Source: Phaeosaccion multiseriatum
Lineage: Eukaryota; Protista; Ochrophyta, other classes
Length of the DNA: 64,000 bases
Direction of reading: 5' to 3'
Assembly: GCA_965112735.1 (NCBI GenBank)
Contig: OZ218951.1
Span: forward strand, 992,001 to 1,056,000
In this document: one piece after another, positions 23,540 through 36,035 of the stretch
How the letters are laid out: each line of letters opens with the position of its first letter
How positions within the stretch are numbered: position 1 is the first letter of the stretch
Notes under the pieces: generated by a model
Databases searched by the model: none
The model's input: the letters and a program-made list of their open reading frames with translations, nothing else
Told to the model about the DNA's origin: nothing
Translations under genes and position numbers: made by a program

Positions 23540-26500
23540 ATGGCTCGGGATCACTCTGCAGTAGCACTGGTGGTGCTGCTGCTCGGGGTGCTGCAACTTA
23601 TCCCTTGCATCTCCGGATTCGCTGTTCCCACCACCACCACCACGGCTCCACCACCAACAGAAGCAGCAGCGGGAGCAGGGGGAGCAGGGGGGGCAGGGCG
23701 AAGCCTATGTAGAGGTTCCGTACGGAGGGGGGCGAGGTCATTTCCCTCACCTAGGGGTGGCTTGGGCTCCATACTCGCCCGAGAGGGGGGGCGTGGGACA
23801 AGGGGGAGGGGTGCGGGAGGGCGAGGAACCTCCGCTATTGGGGCAACCTCCCCGACCAACCACCTTCACCACGGCAACCTGCACCACGGCAGCAGCGGTA
23901 GCGGCAGCGACAGCAGTATCAGGGGCGGGGATCGCGAGAACGAGCACGCTCAATCCCACGACTCTCCTGGGAGCAGTTCGTGGGGCTGGAAGGGGCTCAT
24001 GCTGACGCCTCTACAGAGGAAGCTGGTGACGCCGATGGATCACGAGGGGTGGACAAAGCTCTGGATGGGCACCACGGTGGGTGGGTGGGAGGGGGGGGGG
24101 GCGAGAGGGACAAGGGAAGGGAAGGTGGCACGGAAGGAAGGAGGGCAAAGAGAGGGAGGGGGTGGGTGTAGTCTTCACCAAGGCGTGACGCTTTCTTGTT
24201 TGTCACTCGTCCGTTCTCTCTTCCTTCGTGGGTGCGCAGGACGATGAAGCCGAGGAAGGGGAGGAGGACGATGAAGACGTCGAGGACGACGGCGACTACT
24301 ACGAAGACGACGTGGAGGAGGACGGGGAGGCGGAGCTCGATTTGGACGACCCCTCTGCTAGTGAGGAGATCGCATCCAAGGAGTCTCTGAGGGCGGCAAG
24401 CATCGTGTTCAGAAGGGTACGTCGTGTGCGTGTGTGCGTGTGTGTGTTTGGACTCATCTCTCACTGAAGGGACGCACAACCGCTTCTCGCTCGACCACAG
24501 TAGCTGTGTATTAGTCTCTGTCGATGTCTCCCACCCCGCCGCCCGTGCTCGCTCTTGTATTGCACCACTTCGGCTGGCGCTGACTCACTCACTCACTCAC
24601 TCACTCACGAATCCTTGTTGCTGCTGGTGCTGCTGTATCACCACTTGCTACTGCTGCTCAGGTGGTGTGGATCGGGTGGTGGGTGCAAGTCATCACATCG
24701 ACTGTATCTGCCGTCATCCTCCTCTTCTCCAATGCCTTCACCGATAGGTAGGTACTAGCTGCTCGTTGTGACTACTGCTACTCGGTGTACATGCCTACCT
24801 ACCTGCGTGTAGCTGGGCTCGTTGTGCAAAGTATGGGAAACATCCCCAAGGCTTGATGGTCACGTTGTGGACAGACCAGAGAACAGACCTCCTCCTTCTT
24901 GCGCCCCTTTCAGGAGTGGAGCAAAGCCGAGGGCAGACACTATTCCTCATTCCTGCCATGCGAGCACACACGGACAGCAGCTTCCCCACTACTCCCTCCT
25001 GCCGCCGCTTGACTCACTCGCTCGTTTGGCTGCCTCTCTCCCCTCTTCTCCTCCACACCCTCCCCCATGGGTGTCTGACGTACGTCTGGATGTGAACGCA
25101 TCATCCCGCTCGCTCAGGTTGATGCGGGAGCAATTCGCGGCCAATGGGGTGCTTCTCGCAGGTACGGGAGAGGGGAGGAGGGATAGAGTCGAGGCTCTAC
25201 GCTCGACGACGCGGGTGGGGGAGGGCAGAGTGGGGAAGTCTTTACCCGGGGGTTACCCCATCATACCTTCCGATATTCAGAACACTCGAGATGCGGCCGA
25301 TTAGAAAAATGGAATGCACTGCTTGATGCTTGTTTGCGTTCGTTCATGTGTATTTTGTGTGTATGTATGTGTGTGTGTTCCCAATCCTTCGCCCTTCACA
25401 ACTCGCAACATTAACTCCACATAACTCGCACTCACTTCAACAGGGGCGGGGATGACAGTGTCCTTCTTCAGCATCTTCTGGACCTTCAGCTACATTGTGC
25501 AGGCGCGCAGCTGGCTCAAGCGGTGAGTAAATGAGTGGTGTTCCTTTGCGCTATCGACTGCTCTACTTCGTCTGCGTAAAGTGCCACGTCACGTTACTCA
25601 ATAGAATTCCTGTTTATCCTATTGTAAATGGATTACACTTTTTGCTTGAATAAAACCTAACCAAACAGACACAACTACTGGTTCAAGCGCGCCGCCACTG
25701 CCCGCCGCATCTGCCGCAGCCTGCGTGTGGGCCTGTGGATCAACCTAGCCGGCATGGCGCTGGCCCTCATCGGGGCCGAGCAGATTGTGGGCACGCTGGT
25801 GGCCAAGGTGCTGTACTCACAGGGCTTCTCCATGGGCAGCCCCATGATCAACACAGGCGGGGCCGTCAATCAGTTCCGCGCACTGGACATGTTCGTCGTG
25901 CAGGTGCGTACGTGCGTGGGTGGGTGGGTGCGAGCGTGCGTGCGTGCGTGCGTGAGGGCGTGGGTGGGTGGTTGGGAGGTCGTGGGTGGTTGGGTGGGTG
26001 GGTTATGGTGTGGGCGGGTGGGTCGGTAGGTAGGTAGGTGGGTGCGTGGGTGGGTTAAGGCGTGGGTGGATGTGATGCCTTTCCCTGAACGTGCTATCCC
26101 CTCTCCTGATGAAACTGTGCCGCCGGGGCTGTCGTGGAGCGTGCTGAGTAAGCTGCAGTGGTGACTCTTTTCGGGTGTGATGATTAATCTTTGGATTGGA
26201 TTCCCCTTCATGACAAGTGGGGCCCCTTATCGGGGGTCCTTCACATGACCGAGTATAGACTTATATCTGACCCGTAAAAGGCATGACACGCAGCAGCAGA
26301 AGCAGTAGCACCCGCACCAACAGAAAGGGGGAGGAGCGAGTCCATCCCGCGTGTTGCCTACCTGGCCTGTGTGGGTGTGTGACAAGGAGAAAGAGGGAGT
26401 GTGTGTTTGCGGCGTGGAAGTGGTGTATTCCGCCAACAGTCGAACCCTTGTCTTCTTCGCCAAGGGGATACCCTGTCCTCTCCTTCCCCCCTCCCCGACC

Positions 26501-26804
26501 TTAAGCGTACGCCAAGCCTCATTCTCTCGCACCTTCCCCCCCCCTCTCTCTCTCTCTCTTGTACACACGCCTCCCCTCTCTCGCTGTCTGTCTCCCGCTC
26601 TCCCTCTCTCGCATCCCCTCCCTCTTTCCCGCGCACACACACACGCACATCGCTTGACACTACCAGGCCAACACCAACACAATGGTGAGTTTATTTGCGG
26701 GCATTTGCATGAACCTCTACCTGCGCACCAAGCTCGGCAAGTACTTCCCCTCGCTGCAGACGAGGAGGAAAGATGGGGAACTCAAGAAGGCGGCCAAGGC
26801 ATAG
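23540..26804 (+). CDS. Plastid-targeted DUF3611 (Tic21/PIC1-related) membrane protein, about 7 exons
   Basis: Signal peptide ...LIPCISG-FAVP (ASAFAP-like). Spliced exons give SLRAASIVFRR|..WIGWWVQVITSTVSAVILLFSN, SFFSIFWTFSY, GLWINLAGMALALIGAEQIVGTLVAKVL, RALDMFVVQ|ANTNTM. Stop TAG at 26,802-26,804. Confidence 0.8.
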
Positions 26805-27490
26805 AGACTGTCTGGAGGCCGACTTGAAGAGACTGTGACAGGCTGAAAGACTGACAGACTGTGACAGACTATGACAGACTGACGCACTGACGGACTGAGT
26901 GCACGTACACGTGCATGAAGTTCAAGAGTAGCGGTGGGATGCTGATCTGATCGGGGCAGTGCTCCATGCTGTAGTGCTCGTTTTGGTGTCAGTTTCTGTC
27001 CGTGCTCGAGACCTATGGAAGTAGCAACAAGAGGGGTTTGCGGACAGGACAGACGGGAGGGAACTGACGACGAAGCAGATGGGGGAGGGGTGGGGGGCTA
27101 TAGACCTCCTGACTTGACCTCATCTCTTCTTTGGTAGAGCTTCGCTTTGCCGCTTTGTTGTGGTGGTGCTGTTGCGCTGCTGATGTGGGCACCGTCGAGG
27201 GATGAGCAGCTTCGCGATGACTCTGGGCAGAGAGAGGATTGGACGTGTACATACAAGTAGACATCGAGAGATGGATCCAAGGAAACTATGGTTTCCTTTC
27301 TTCCGTCTGCTGACAAGGAAACTATGGTTGTCTCTCTCTTTTGGTTTTGTTCTGAACTCCAAAGTCAAAGAGACCGGCATCCGCTTCGTTCGGGTGTACA
27401 GGGAAGGCAGCAGAATGGGTGGGTAGAATCCCTTTGTGCAGCCCTTAGTACAGGCTATTATATATTTTATTATTTATAGAGAGAGATTAC

Positions 27491-27690
27491 GAGCTCGGCT
27501 TCACCCAGAGCCTCTCCGACGCGTGTGTCTTCACTCGTACTGGCGCTGACGGCATCACCATCATCTTCACCATCGTGGACGACCTCCTCATCATGGGCCC
27601 TTCCGCCCCGGCTATCGACGCAGCTGCCATGGAGATCGGCCCCAACTACATCCTCAACCCGGTCACCACCTCCCTCTTCCTCGGCTACCT
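27491..27690 (+). mobile_element. Ty1/copia reverse transcriptase (RVT_2) relic
   Basis: Hand translation, not in the ORF track: ELGFTQSLSDACVFTRTGADGITIIFTIVDDLLIMG...SLFLGY. This fits the copia pattern LGFxxSxxDxCxF...(Y)VDDLLIxG...FLG. No LTR or other domains nearby. Confidence 0.75.
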
Positions 27691-28239
27691 CTGCGGCTTT
27701 GTGTCGGAGATGTAGTTGGAGAAGTGAATGGTGATGGAGCCAAGCTGGTGCTCCAAAGTGAAGCCGAGGAAGAGGGAGGTGGTGACCGGCTATCGACACA
27801 AATCCCCAGAGATTATTTTTAATTAAACCTTCCATTCCTTGGCTCCACTTAGAAACAAATGTCCACGCGCAGTCCGATATGTACGAACCAAGTGTAGTAC
27901 GTAAGCAAGCAGCAGGCCTGGACATGATGAGTCCACACTGTCCATTCACTGCCATCGCCACTAAGCAAGCAAGCAATCCACTCTTTATAACGAGCCCTTC
28001 GCCAAAGTCTACGATGAGTCCGCTGTCCTCCAAGCCCTTGGGCCAAAGCTGGAGCTGTCCATTCACTGCCATCGCATCGCAAACCAAAGTCAAGACCATC
28101 CTATACCAAAGGGGTACCCTTAAAATGTCTCTCCTTTGCTCTGCGATGGCAGTGAATGGACCACCCCATCCATCGAGGGTGTTTGCTCATCTCACTATAC
28201 TGGTACCAGAGCAGTGAGTAAAGGAAGCAGCCCCGCCCT

Positions 28240-29898
28240 TTACATGACGAGGCCTTCGCCAAAGTCCATGGTCAGCCCGCTGCCCTCCATCTGACTCCGA
28301 TACACTTCATCAAACGTCTCGCTCTCCCGTACGGTAAACACATCTCTCCAGCCTCCCGAGCCCCCCTTGCGCAGATGGCCAAGGCCGATGTTGGCTTTGA
28401 CGTTGTTCTTCATGGCGTCCATCGTCGAGCCAGCTGTGACTTTAGCCAGCACTTCTGGAGAGAGAGGCAGACCCAAGAACTCTGCAATCTTTTTAATGCT
28501 TCCCTCCGCGTCTGCTAGCATGTCCTCGTACTTTAAAAAGAGGATGTTGTCGGGCTTCTTTTGGGACTCCTCCCACCACTCCAGCACGTGGTTGAACCAG
28601 GAGCCGTTCTCGCAGAGCCCTTCGGCAAAGTAGTGCAAGAGCGTGCTGAATGCTCCCGTGTAGTGAAAGTCGGGTTTGTTGGTGGCGTGGTGTTGCAGGC
28701 TTACGGCCACGTCCTGTGGGTTGGTTTGGGTTTGGTCAATAGGTTTGGTGGGGTTGGATTGAGGGGCGAGAGACAGACAAAAGGAGGCGAGGCGGAGGTG
28801 GGACGAACGCGTGAGGGGTTACATATGGTGATGAAATGAAGGGGAGGGGGGGGGGAGGGTACAGGCACACGCACACCCACATTCACACCCACCCCCACAA
28901 GCACACTTGACCAGCCGCAGTAGGTACACAGAGCTACTCTCTCGAGTGCTTGTAGTAGTCACGGATGGCGGCACAGCCTAGTGATGGCCAAGATAGGGAG
29001 GAGGTACCATGCGACTCGACAAGATGAGCGATGATCGCATCCCATCCCATGCCATGTCATGCCAATGAGATGTGGGAGGCGCTGAGTATGCTCACTCACC
29101 TTGGGGTTCCTGGCAACGTAGATGACCTTCCTGGAGTCGGCGCCGTCCTTGGGCATGTCCTTGACGTTGGCGTGTGTCTTGAAGAAGCGCCTTTGGTCCT
29201 CAGGGATGGCATCAATGTCATCTACAATGTAGCCACCGGATTCTCTGTCGTTCAGCGGCCCTGTGGGGGCAATGGATGGGGCGGAGGCCGGAGGGGTTGG
29301 GATTAGCATACGGACTATCGAGAGATTGAGACGCCATGTGCTAAGGACACAGACTTTTGGTCCTCAGTGGAGCAGGGGGAGGGGAAGAACAGGAGGAGTG
29401 ATAGAGAAACGTCGACTCAGGCTTACGTCGAGCAGAAATAGAGGTTAGGGAGAAGGACTGGATACGAGGCGGTGAGCGAACAAGGTCCAAGGGGACGACA
29501 CAAAGTAAAGACAACACATACACAGGGCCATGCTCTTCCGCCCTCACCATTAAGAAACGCGTATCTCTCTTTCTCTTACCTGGTAGGACTGTGGTTGCCT
29601 CCAGCCAGGGGCAGGTCTGTCCGTAAACTTTGTCCCCTTGCTCTCCACCGTTACGCAGCAAGTGCAAGATCTGCTGCGTCCACGTTGTGCCGGACTTGAC
29701 GTAGGTGCACACATACACGTCGTCCGATCTTCCCTTGAAGGTATTGAGGAGGGTGTTGATGGTCTCCTCCTTGAAGTGCGGGTTCTGCGGCACCCCATTC
29801 ACCACGCCAAGGTCGTAGCGCTGGTCGTGGAGCTGTTCTCGAGGTGCCCAGGATACCGGCTTGCGGGGGGGAATCACGCTCTCCCACAGCTCTACCAT
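28240..29898 (-). CDS. Cytosolic-type PAPS-dependent sulfotransferase (Sulfotransfer_1). Exons 29898-29580, 29260-29100, 28713-28240
   Basis: 5'-PSB loop DDVYVCTYVKSGTTWTQQI, FFKTH, 3'-PB motif KVIYVARNPK|DVAVS, GSWFNHVLEWW, LKYEDM, LRKGGSGGW. GT-AG introns join the exons in frame. Confidence 0.93.
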
Positions 29899-30952
29899 GG
29901 CTCCTGCCTGCCACCTGATGCCTCACTCTCGAACCTCGACTTTGAATGCTCTGCTGCGCTTCTGCCTTTATTATCCTTTCTCCATCAGGGGTCTTTTTGA
30001 AACCCATGAGCTTAAACTGGAAATTTATACCTTGTTCCCCCCCCCTTTTTTTGTGTGCCTTTCGCCTTTGACGCCAGCGGATCCTTCGAGACACGGACGC
30101 CGAGATGGCGAGCTTTGAAGGAAGGTTCGTTCGCTGTGCTGTAACCGTCACTCGAGGTCGAAAGAGGGCTGTGGTGAGCGGAGGCTTTTTGTTGGCTTTC
30201 AAAAAGCAAAATGAATGGTGGTAAATTGTAAATTGTGTGTTGCGTCTTTTTACAACCACGACTCTGCGGCTTCTACCTACCTACGAGTCCCTACATCTCC
30301 CCCCCCCCCCCCTCTCACTCTTGCTACTATGTATACATGGATCGAATACCCCACTCACCTCCTCCCTCTCCATCGGAGGGGAAGAAGGGCAGGTAGTCAA
30401 GTCGAGATTCGCACAGGAGATCGTTCGATAGATCGCCATCGCAGACGCAGGGGCAGTCCTCAGTCTGTTCGTCTGTAGGGGAAGCAAGCCTCTTGTCCGA
30501 AGCTCCCCTCTCGTCTCGCTGCTTGTCACCACACAAGCCTGGGGCGAGCGAGGATGGACTGCTCCCACTGAGTTAGTCTGCCGTCTTGAGAGCTCTTTTT
30601 CGGTAACCTCTGCCGTGTGAGTCTCTGGCAATCAGCCCAAACAAACGCACAGGATAGAAAAGCGCGCCCCCCTCGACCACCATCACCATCCCCATCCCTT
30701 CTCCCCTTTCCCCCCGCCAGCGCACATGGGAGGGACGGAGGGCGGGGAGAGGCCGCACATGGGCAGACAGATAGACAGACAGACAGGCAGACAAACAAAC
30801 AGACAGGGCAAGCGGCACCACCACCACCGCACCCCACCATGTTTGGAGCCGGCCAAACACACGCACATTCGACGACTCTAAGGCTTCCTTCACCGACACT
30901 CGCTCGATGCTGTCTGCCCTACCCCGTCCTCCCCTCCGTAGACAGGCCCTCC

Positions 30953-33435
30953 TTAGGCCGATCGGCTCAGCTCCTCCTGCTGGTAGGAGCCCATTGCGCC
31001 GACCGACGACGAGGAGGAGGGCATGCCTGCGCTACCGATGCTCTCTCCCCGCGTGGGCTGCTCCTCCGGCGGGGCGATGCCCATGGCGTCTGCGATGCCC
31101 CTGATGACAAAGGTCATATCAAGCTCGGTGTCAAGTTTGTTGACGGCAGAGCCCACACCCACTCCGCTTGCTCCTGCCGCCAAGGCCATGGGGGCGGTGA
31201 CGTCACACAACCCTGTGTGTGTGTGTGCATGTGTGTGTGTGAGAGAGAGAGAGAGAGAGTGAGTGCGTGTGTGTGTGAGGGGGGCAGTGAGTGACAAGGA
31301 CAGGCCTGAAGCTGTGTGGTACGAAGTAACGAGGGCCAAGGGCTAAGCAAAGCCCTCAGGAGAGCATCAGGTACATTCATCCCAAAGCATGGAGCGCTAC
31401 CCCGCCCACCCCCCCTCGTTAAGTGACATAGACGCACACACACACACGCAATCTGAGACGCCCAATCTAAGAAACCCAATCGCTCTCACCTGAGGCAGCC
31501 ATGACTGGGATGTTGACGGCACGGGAGATGGCGTACGCTGCGGCCAGTGTGGGGGCAGCCTTCTCAATCGCGCCCTGAACACCGCCCCTGATCAGACAAA
31601 GAGGCAAGACAAAGAAAGAGAAGAGAAGACAACGTAAGAAAGAGAAGAGGGATAAGCCAAGACAGTTAAGCCCAGAGAGAAGAGGGATAAGCCAAGACAG
31701 CTAAGCCCAGAGAGGACACAAGAAGAGCGCTGGGTCGCTTGGTCTGTTCACTGACATATGCATAGTGTGCCTACTCCCTAACTAATGTGTAGTGTGCCTG
31801 CTCACGGACTGTGTGTACTGTGTCTGCTCACTGACTTACATGCTGGGGTTGATGCTGACCTTGCCCTCGGTCTGAATGAGGTCGGCTCCGAGCGCCTCCA
31901 GCCGCACAGCCAAATCCACCTGCATGCAGGAGAGTTGAGGGAGAGGGGGGGCGAGACATGGAGATCAGGGAGAGAGAGAGAGAGAGAGAGCAAGGAGAAG
32001 GAGAGAAGAGAGAGCATGGATAATGTCAATGAATGAGGGAGTGAAGGAAGAAAGAGAACAAGGGATCTGACTGAAGTACACAAAGCGTGCGACGCTATGC
32101 AGCACGGCTGCTGGGGTGACCCACTTCTCGCTTCACTCGACCACTACTCACGACTGGCTCTGATTGACTGATTGACTGACTGACTGACTGGCTGGCTGTT
32201 CCTTCTCTCTCCTCCCTTCCTCCCCTTTCTTCCCTCCCTCCCTGCCTCCCTCCCCACCCTCCTTCCCTTCCCCACTCCCTCCCTCCCCCACCTGATCGGA
32301 GATGCACAGCGTGTGTGGGACGGTGACCGAGAGGGGGATGTCGGGCAGCAGCTCTCTTGTGTGCATGGTCATGTCAATCACGTCCTGGGCAGTGAAGGTG
32401 AGGCCCTGCTCGTAGAACGGGTCGAAGTTGCCCAGCTCGATCATCTTGAGGGGGATGGGGAAGGGGGTGGATACGATGCGGGTACCAAGACCAGCCATAC
32501 AAACACACAGAGCGAGAGAGAGAGGGACAGGAGAGATAGAGAGAGGAGAGTCCAAGGGGGGGGGGGGGAGGAAGGGGAGAGGGGAGGGCAAAGGCAAGGG
32601 AGAGAGGTGGAGAAACGCTTCCGTAAGCTGTGCTGCCCACTCAGCCACCAAGTGGAGAAGAATGACATGAGCGATGGATGGGCCTTGAATGGAGCAGCGA
32701 GTTATTGGCCATTGATTGATTGATCAGATAGTGGTGCATGTTTTGTCGTCAAAAGGCGGACGCATGACCCTGCCCATCCGCAATGCTTTTCAGCACCGCA
32801 GCACGGGAGGCGCAGAACCATTACGAACAGGTCTATGATAAATATGGGTTTTTATCCTCATCTCAATCAGGGGAAAAGAAGCACAACGTACACGAAGACA
32901 TACACATCCATCCATCGCAGTACCCACACCCACACCCACATGCCTCACCTCGGCTCCCTCCTGCACGCACAGAGGGAAGAGCGCAGGGTTGATGGCGCTG
33001 ACGCAGACGGGCACGTCGCTGACTGCCTTGGCTGCGCGCACGAGGGCGGGATCTGCGGCAATGTCGATGCAGGATGCGCCTCCAAAGGCGGAGGCCTTTG
33101 CCACGTTCTCCACGAGCTTCTGGTCGAAGTTCTGCAGCCCGGAGATGACCTGTGTTGTGGGTGTGATGATGATAATTATAATCATGGTGATGAAACATGA
33201 GCATGGTAAGGAAGCAAGGAAGGGAAGGAAGTAGAGGAGAGTAAGGAAGGAAGGAGAGGGAGGGGAAAGCGAAGGAAGGACAGCATGGTCTGTACTGCGG
33301 CCGAGCCACGACACTAACCTTCAGGGCCCGCCCCTCCTTGAAAGGCGTGAGCACGTTGTTCATGCTCATCTGTGGCACAAAGGCCGTCGCGAGGCCAGCG
33401 GTGGCCAGAGCCAGGCACATACTAAGAGATGACAT
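30953..33435 (-). CDS. ycf23: Ycf23/DUF561 TIM-barrel protein, nucleus-encoded and plastid-targeted, 6 exons
   Basis: Presequence MSSLSMCLALATAGLATA-FVP. Spliced motifs: ALK|VISGLQNFD, IDIAADP, PVCVSA, MIELGNFDPFY, LSVTVPHTL, GADLIQTEG, IEKAAPTLAAAYAISRAV, ASG|LCDVTAPMALAAGASGVGVGSAVNKL. Confidence 0.92.
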
Positions 33436-33883
33436 GCTTGAAGTTGAGAGAGTCTGAGGAGGGAGAAGAGTGTAGGTCGGTAGGGGGGCGATGGGTACTG
33501 TTAAAGAGGCAGGAAGAGCAAGAAAGCGCGCTTGATCTGGGGAGGGAAAGGAGAGGATAGAAAGGTGGGGAGGCGAAGGAAGGAGGCAACAGCGAAGCAA
33601 GTATCATCCACCCCTCCCCAATGAATAGGATCTGGCCGAGGCAACATAGGCATGCAGTTGTAGCTCTCGACCAACCAGAGGCAGCAGGGAGAAGGTGGGG
33701 CTTACCGAGAGAGAGAGAGAGAGAGAGGAGAAGAGAGGTTGAAAAGGAGCGAGGGAACGGCGAGGAGAAAAGTCAACAAAACAAACCCAAGGGTGGAATC
33801 AATACAGTTTCGTTTCATTTGGGATTGCTTTGCCGCGAAGCAGGGCGAGCTTGGCTTGCTTGTGTTTGACTTGTGGCTGCGCT

Positions 33884-34735
33884 ATGGCGCAAGCGATTGA
33901 TGAAGTCGCTCGGAATAAGATGTGGGTGGAGACCATCAACAAGGAGAACAGCCTCATCGGGAAGCCGCACCAGTTCTTCCTGAACCCCTCGAAGCTCGTC
34001 TTCATCGCCAGGAAACCCACTGAGCTGGATCCGCGCAAGTACGAGGACGAGAGAGAGGTCATGGAGGAGAAGGTCAGTTGTGGCGGGCGATGGCAGCTCG
34101 CAGTTCAGTGCGAGCGAAGCAAACAATTGTTGTGGAATGAGGATATCTGTTCTTCGGAGGCTTGGGAGGCGCCACCTCTGGTAGGCCGGTCGGGCGCAAA
34201 GTAGGTTGTCTGGGGGTTGCGCGTAGTCCTGACGCTCCCTCTTGGGACGATATCCAGCCTCTTGCGTCTTAGACCCCTCTCTTCCGTCTCGAACCCAAAT
34301 TTCCGTCTTCACTATTCTCCTCCGTCTCAAGCCCCACCCACCTCCCGCCCACCTCGCGCTGGTTCCCTGCCTGCTCCCCCCCCCGTCTGTGACAATGCTA
34401 AATAAAAAACAAAACCCCCATAGATGAAGCAGCTGGCAAAAAGTGTGGCGGCGAGAAAGGCGGAGAACGAAATGTGTCCCCAGTGGATGTACGAGCGGGA
34501 GAGTGATGGCTGGGGCACCTTTGTAAAGCCCTGTCCACCAGAGGAGCAGAACGACTGCACAGGGGAGGTCAAGCTTGACATGAGTCTCTCCAAAATGTTT
34601 CAGAGCACCAAATCGTCATGGTATGCGCCCAAGGGGAGCTCTGATGTGACGGCATACGCCGAGCACTACTACAGCATGGCAAGGGTCAGTCCATTCGCAA
34701 GGAAGGATGCCCTTGCAAAGGGTGGGGGGGGATGA
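33884..34735 (+). CDS. CFAP144/FAM183-like flagellar protein. Exons 33884-34072, 34424-34735
   Basis: MAQAIDEVARNKMWVETINKE...FFLNP...KP...GW...WYAPKGSSDVTAYAEHYYSMARVSPF resembles the FAM183 family. The intron is phase 0 GT-AG. Confidence 0.65.
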
Positions 34736-35312
34736 GGGAGAATGGAGGGAGAATGAGGAGGAGGACGATTATAGCGCTCGCTGGTTTTGCTGCACCAGCG
34801 TAGAGGCTGCTTCCTTGCGAATGCAAGGCAAGAAAATAGGGTGCGTACACGAAACCGAGTGTAGTGGTGTGTGTGCTTCATGGTACGATAAGTGTATAGA
34901 CATGTGGTTCACGAGACTTAGTTGCCACTTGGGTCCTCTCTTCCCTCACTCGCAAACGAGATTGCTCTCTTCCAAGGGAAGATGTGCTTATGCTGTAGAC
35001 CTGAGCCTACGAGCCCCGCTGCAGTTGCCCCTATTTAAGTCAAAAGCAAAATTCGAGGAGCTCATCCACCGCTAGACGAGAGGAGGCAGGCATCCGTCTA
35101 GTCAAGCAGCTACTATACCTACCTGAGCCTCCATCTCGACACTCCCCCGCCCCGCCTTCCTTTCACCTGCTGCAAGCTGCCGCTTTCTGTTGTGTGATTC
35201 GACGAATGAAAAAAACCTCCTCGTCCGGCAGTTATAGTGCATGGGGGGACGCATGGTATATGAAAAGCAATGGGATACTGTCTATTCATGTACGTATCAA
35301 TACACAGTGCTA

Positions 35313-36035
35313 TTAGGACTTGTCCTTGTGCAGCGGCGACAAGTCCTCTTCCGCCTTGCCATTGCCGAGCCTCTCCACCGCCCGTCGCAGTGTGCTAATT
35401 TTCTCTGCCCTATCCCCCTTGAACACGTACGAGCCTGCCACGATCAAATTCGCCCCGGCCTCTGCTGCCTGATCGATGCTATCGGCATTGAGCCCCCCGT
35501 CTACTTCGATGGCGAGGCCTGGGAACTTTTCCCGGATAGCCTTGACCTTGCTCATTTGGTCTTGCATGAAGCTCTGTCCCCCAAAGCCGGGTTCTACTGT
35601 CATAATGAGGGCGAGGTCGAGCTGGTCGCAGTACTGCAACAGGCCCTCCACAGGGGTGGCTGGCTTGATGGCCATGCCCACCTTCATGCCACTGCCCTTG
35701 ATGGCATTGATCACCTCACTCGGCTCGCAGTCCGACTCCAAATGGAAGGTCAGTCTATCCACACCTGCTTTGGCCATATCCTCCACCCACTGCTGCGGTT
35801 TGGTGACCATGAGGTGAGCATCCAGCACTGCTTTGGTGTGTTGTCTCAGCCCCTTGATGACAGGCGCGCCGAAGGAGATGTTTGGCACAAAGTGTCCGTC
35901 CATCACATCAAGGTGAATGTAGTCAGCGCCAGAGGCCTCCACGTGCGCCACTTCCTCCGCAAGGCGGGAGAGGTCGGACGCCAGCACGGAGGGGCCGATT
36001 TCAGGCGGGCAGCTGTGGGGCGATGTGGACGCCAT
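35313..36035 (-). CDS. RPE: Ribulose-phosphate 3-epimerase, intronless (an upstream in-frame ATG at 36,197 is also possible)
   Basis: IGPSVLASD, YIHLDVMDGHFVPNISFG, LDAHLMV, TFHLE, IKPATP, LIMTVEPGFGGQSFM, IEVDGG, AGANLIVAGS. Confidence 0.97.
   Translation of the reverse strand: MASTSPHSCPPEIGPSVLASDLSRLAEEVAHVEASGADYIHLDVMDGHFVPNISFGAPVIKGLRQHTKAVLDAHLMVTKPQQWVEDMAKAGVDRLTFHLESDCEPSEVINAIKGSGMKVGMAIKPATPVEGLLQYCDQLDLALIMTVEPGFGGQSFMQDQMSKVKAIREKFPGLAIEVDGGLNADSIDQAAEAGANLIVAGSYVFKGDRAEKISTLRRAVERLGNGKAEEDLSPLHKDKS

Noticed and set aside
30040-30190. GC-rich stretch ending in T5, considered as SRP or RNase P/MRP RNA
   Set aside because: Could not find the conserved SRP helix-8 AGCAG or the RNase P/MRP P4 strands. 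An Rfam scan would settle it.
31640-31713. 35-bp tandem duplication in a ycf23 intron, and small duplications near 21,435-21,480 and 27,279-27,330
   Set aside because: Ordinary local slippage with no functional signal.
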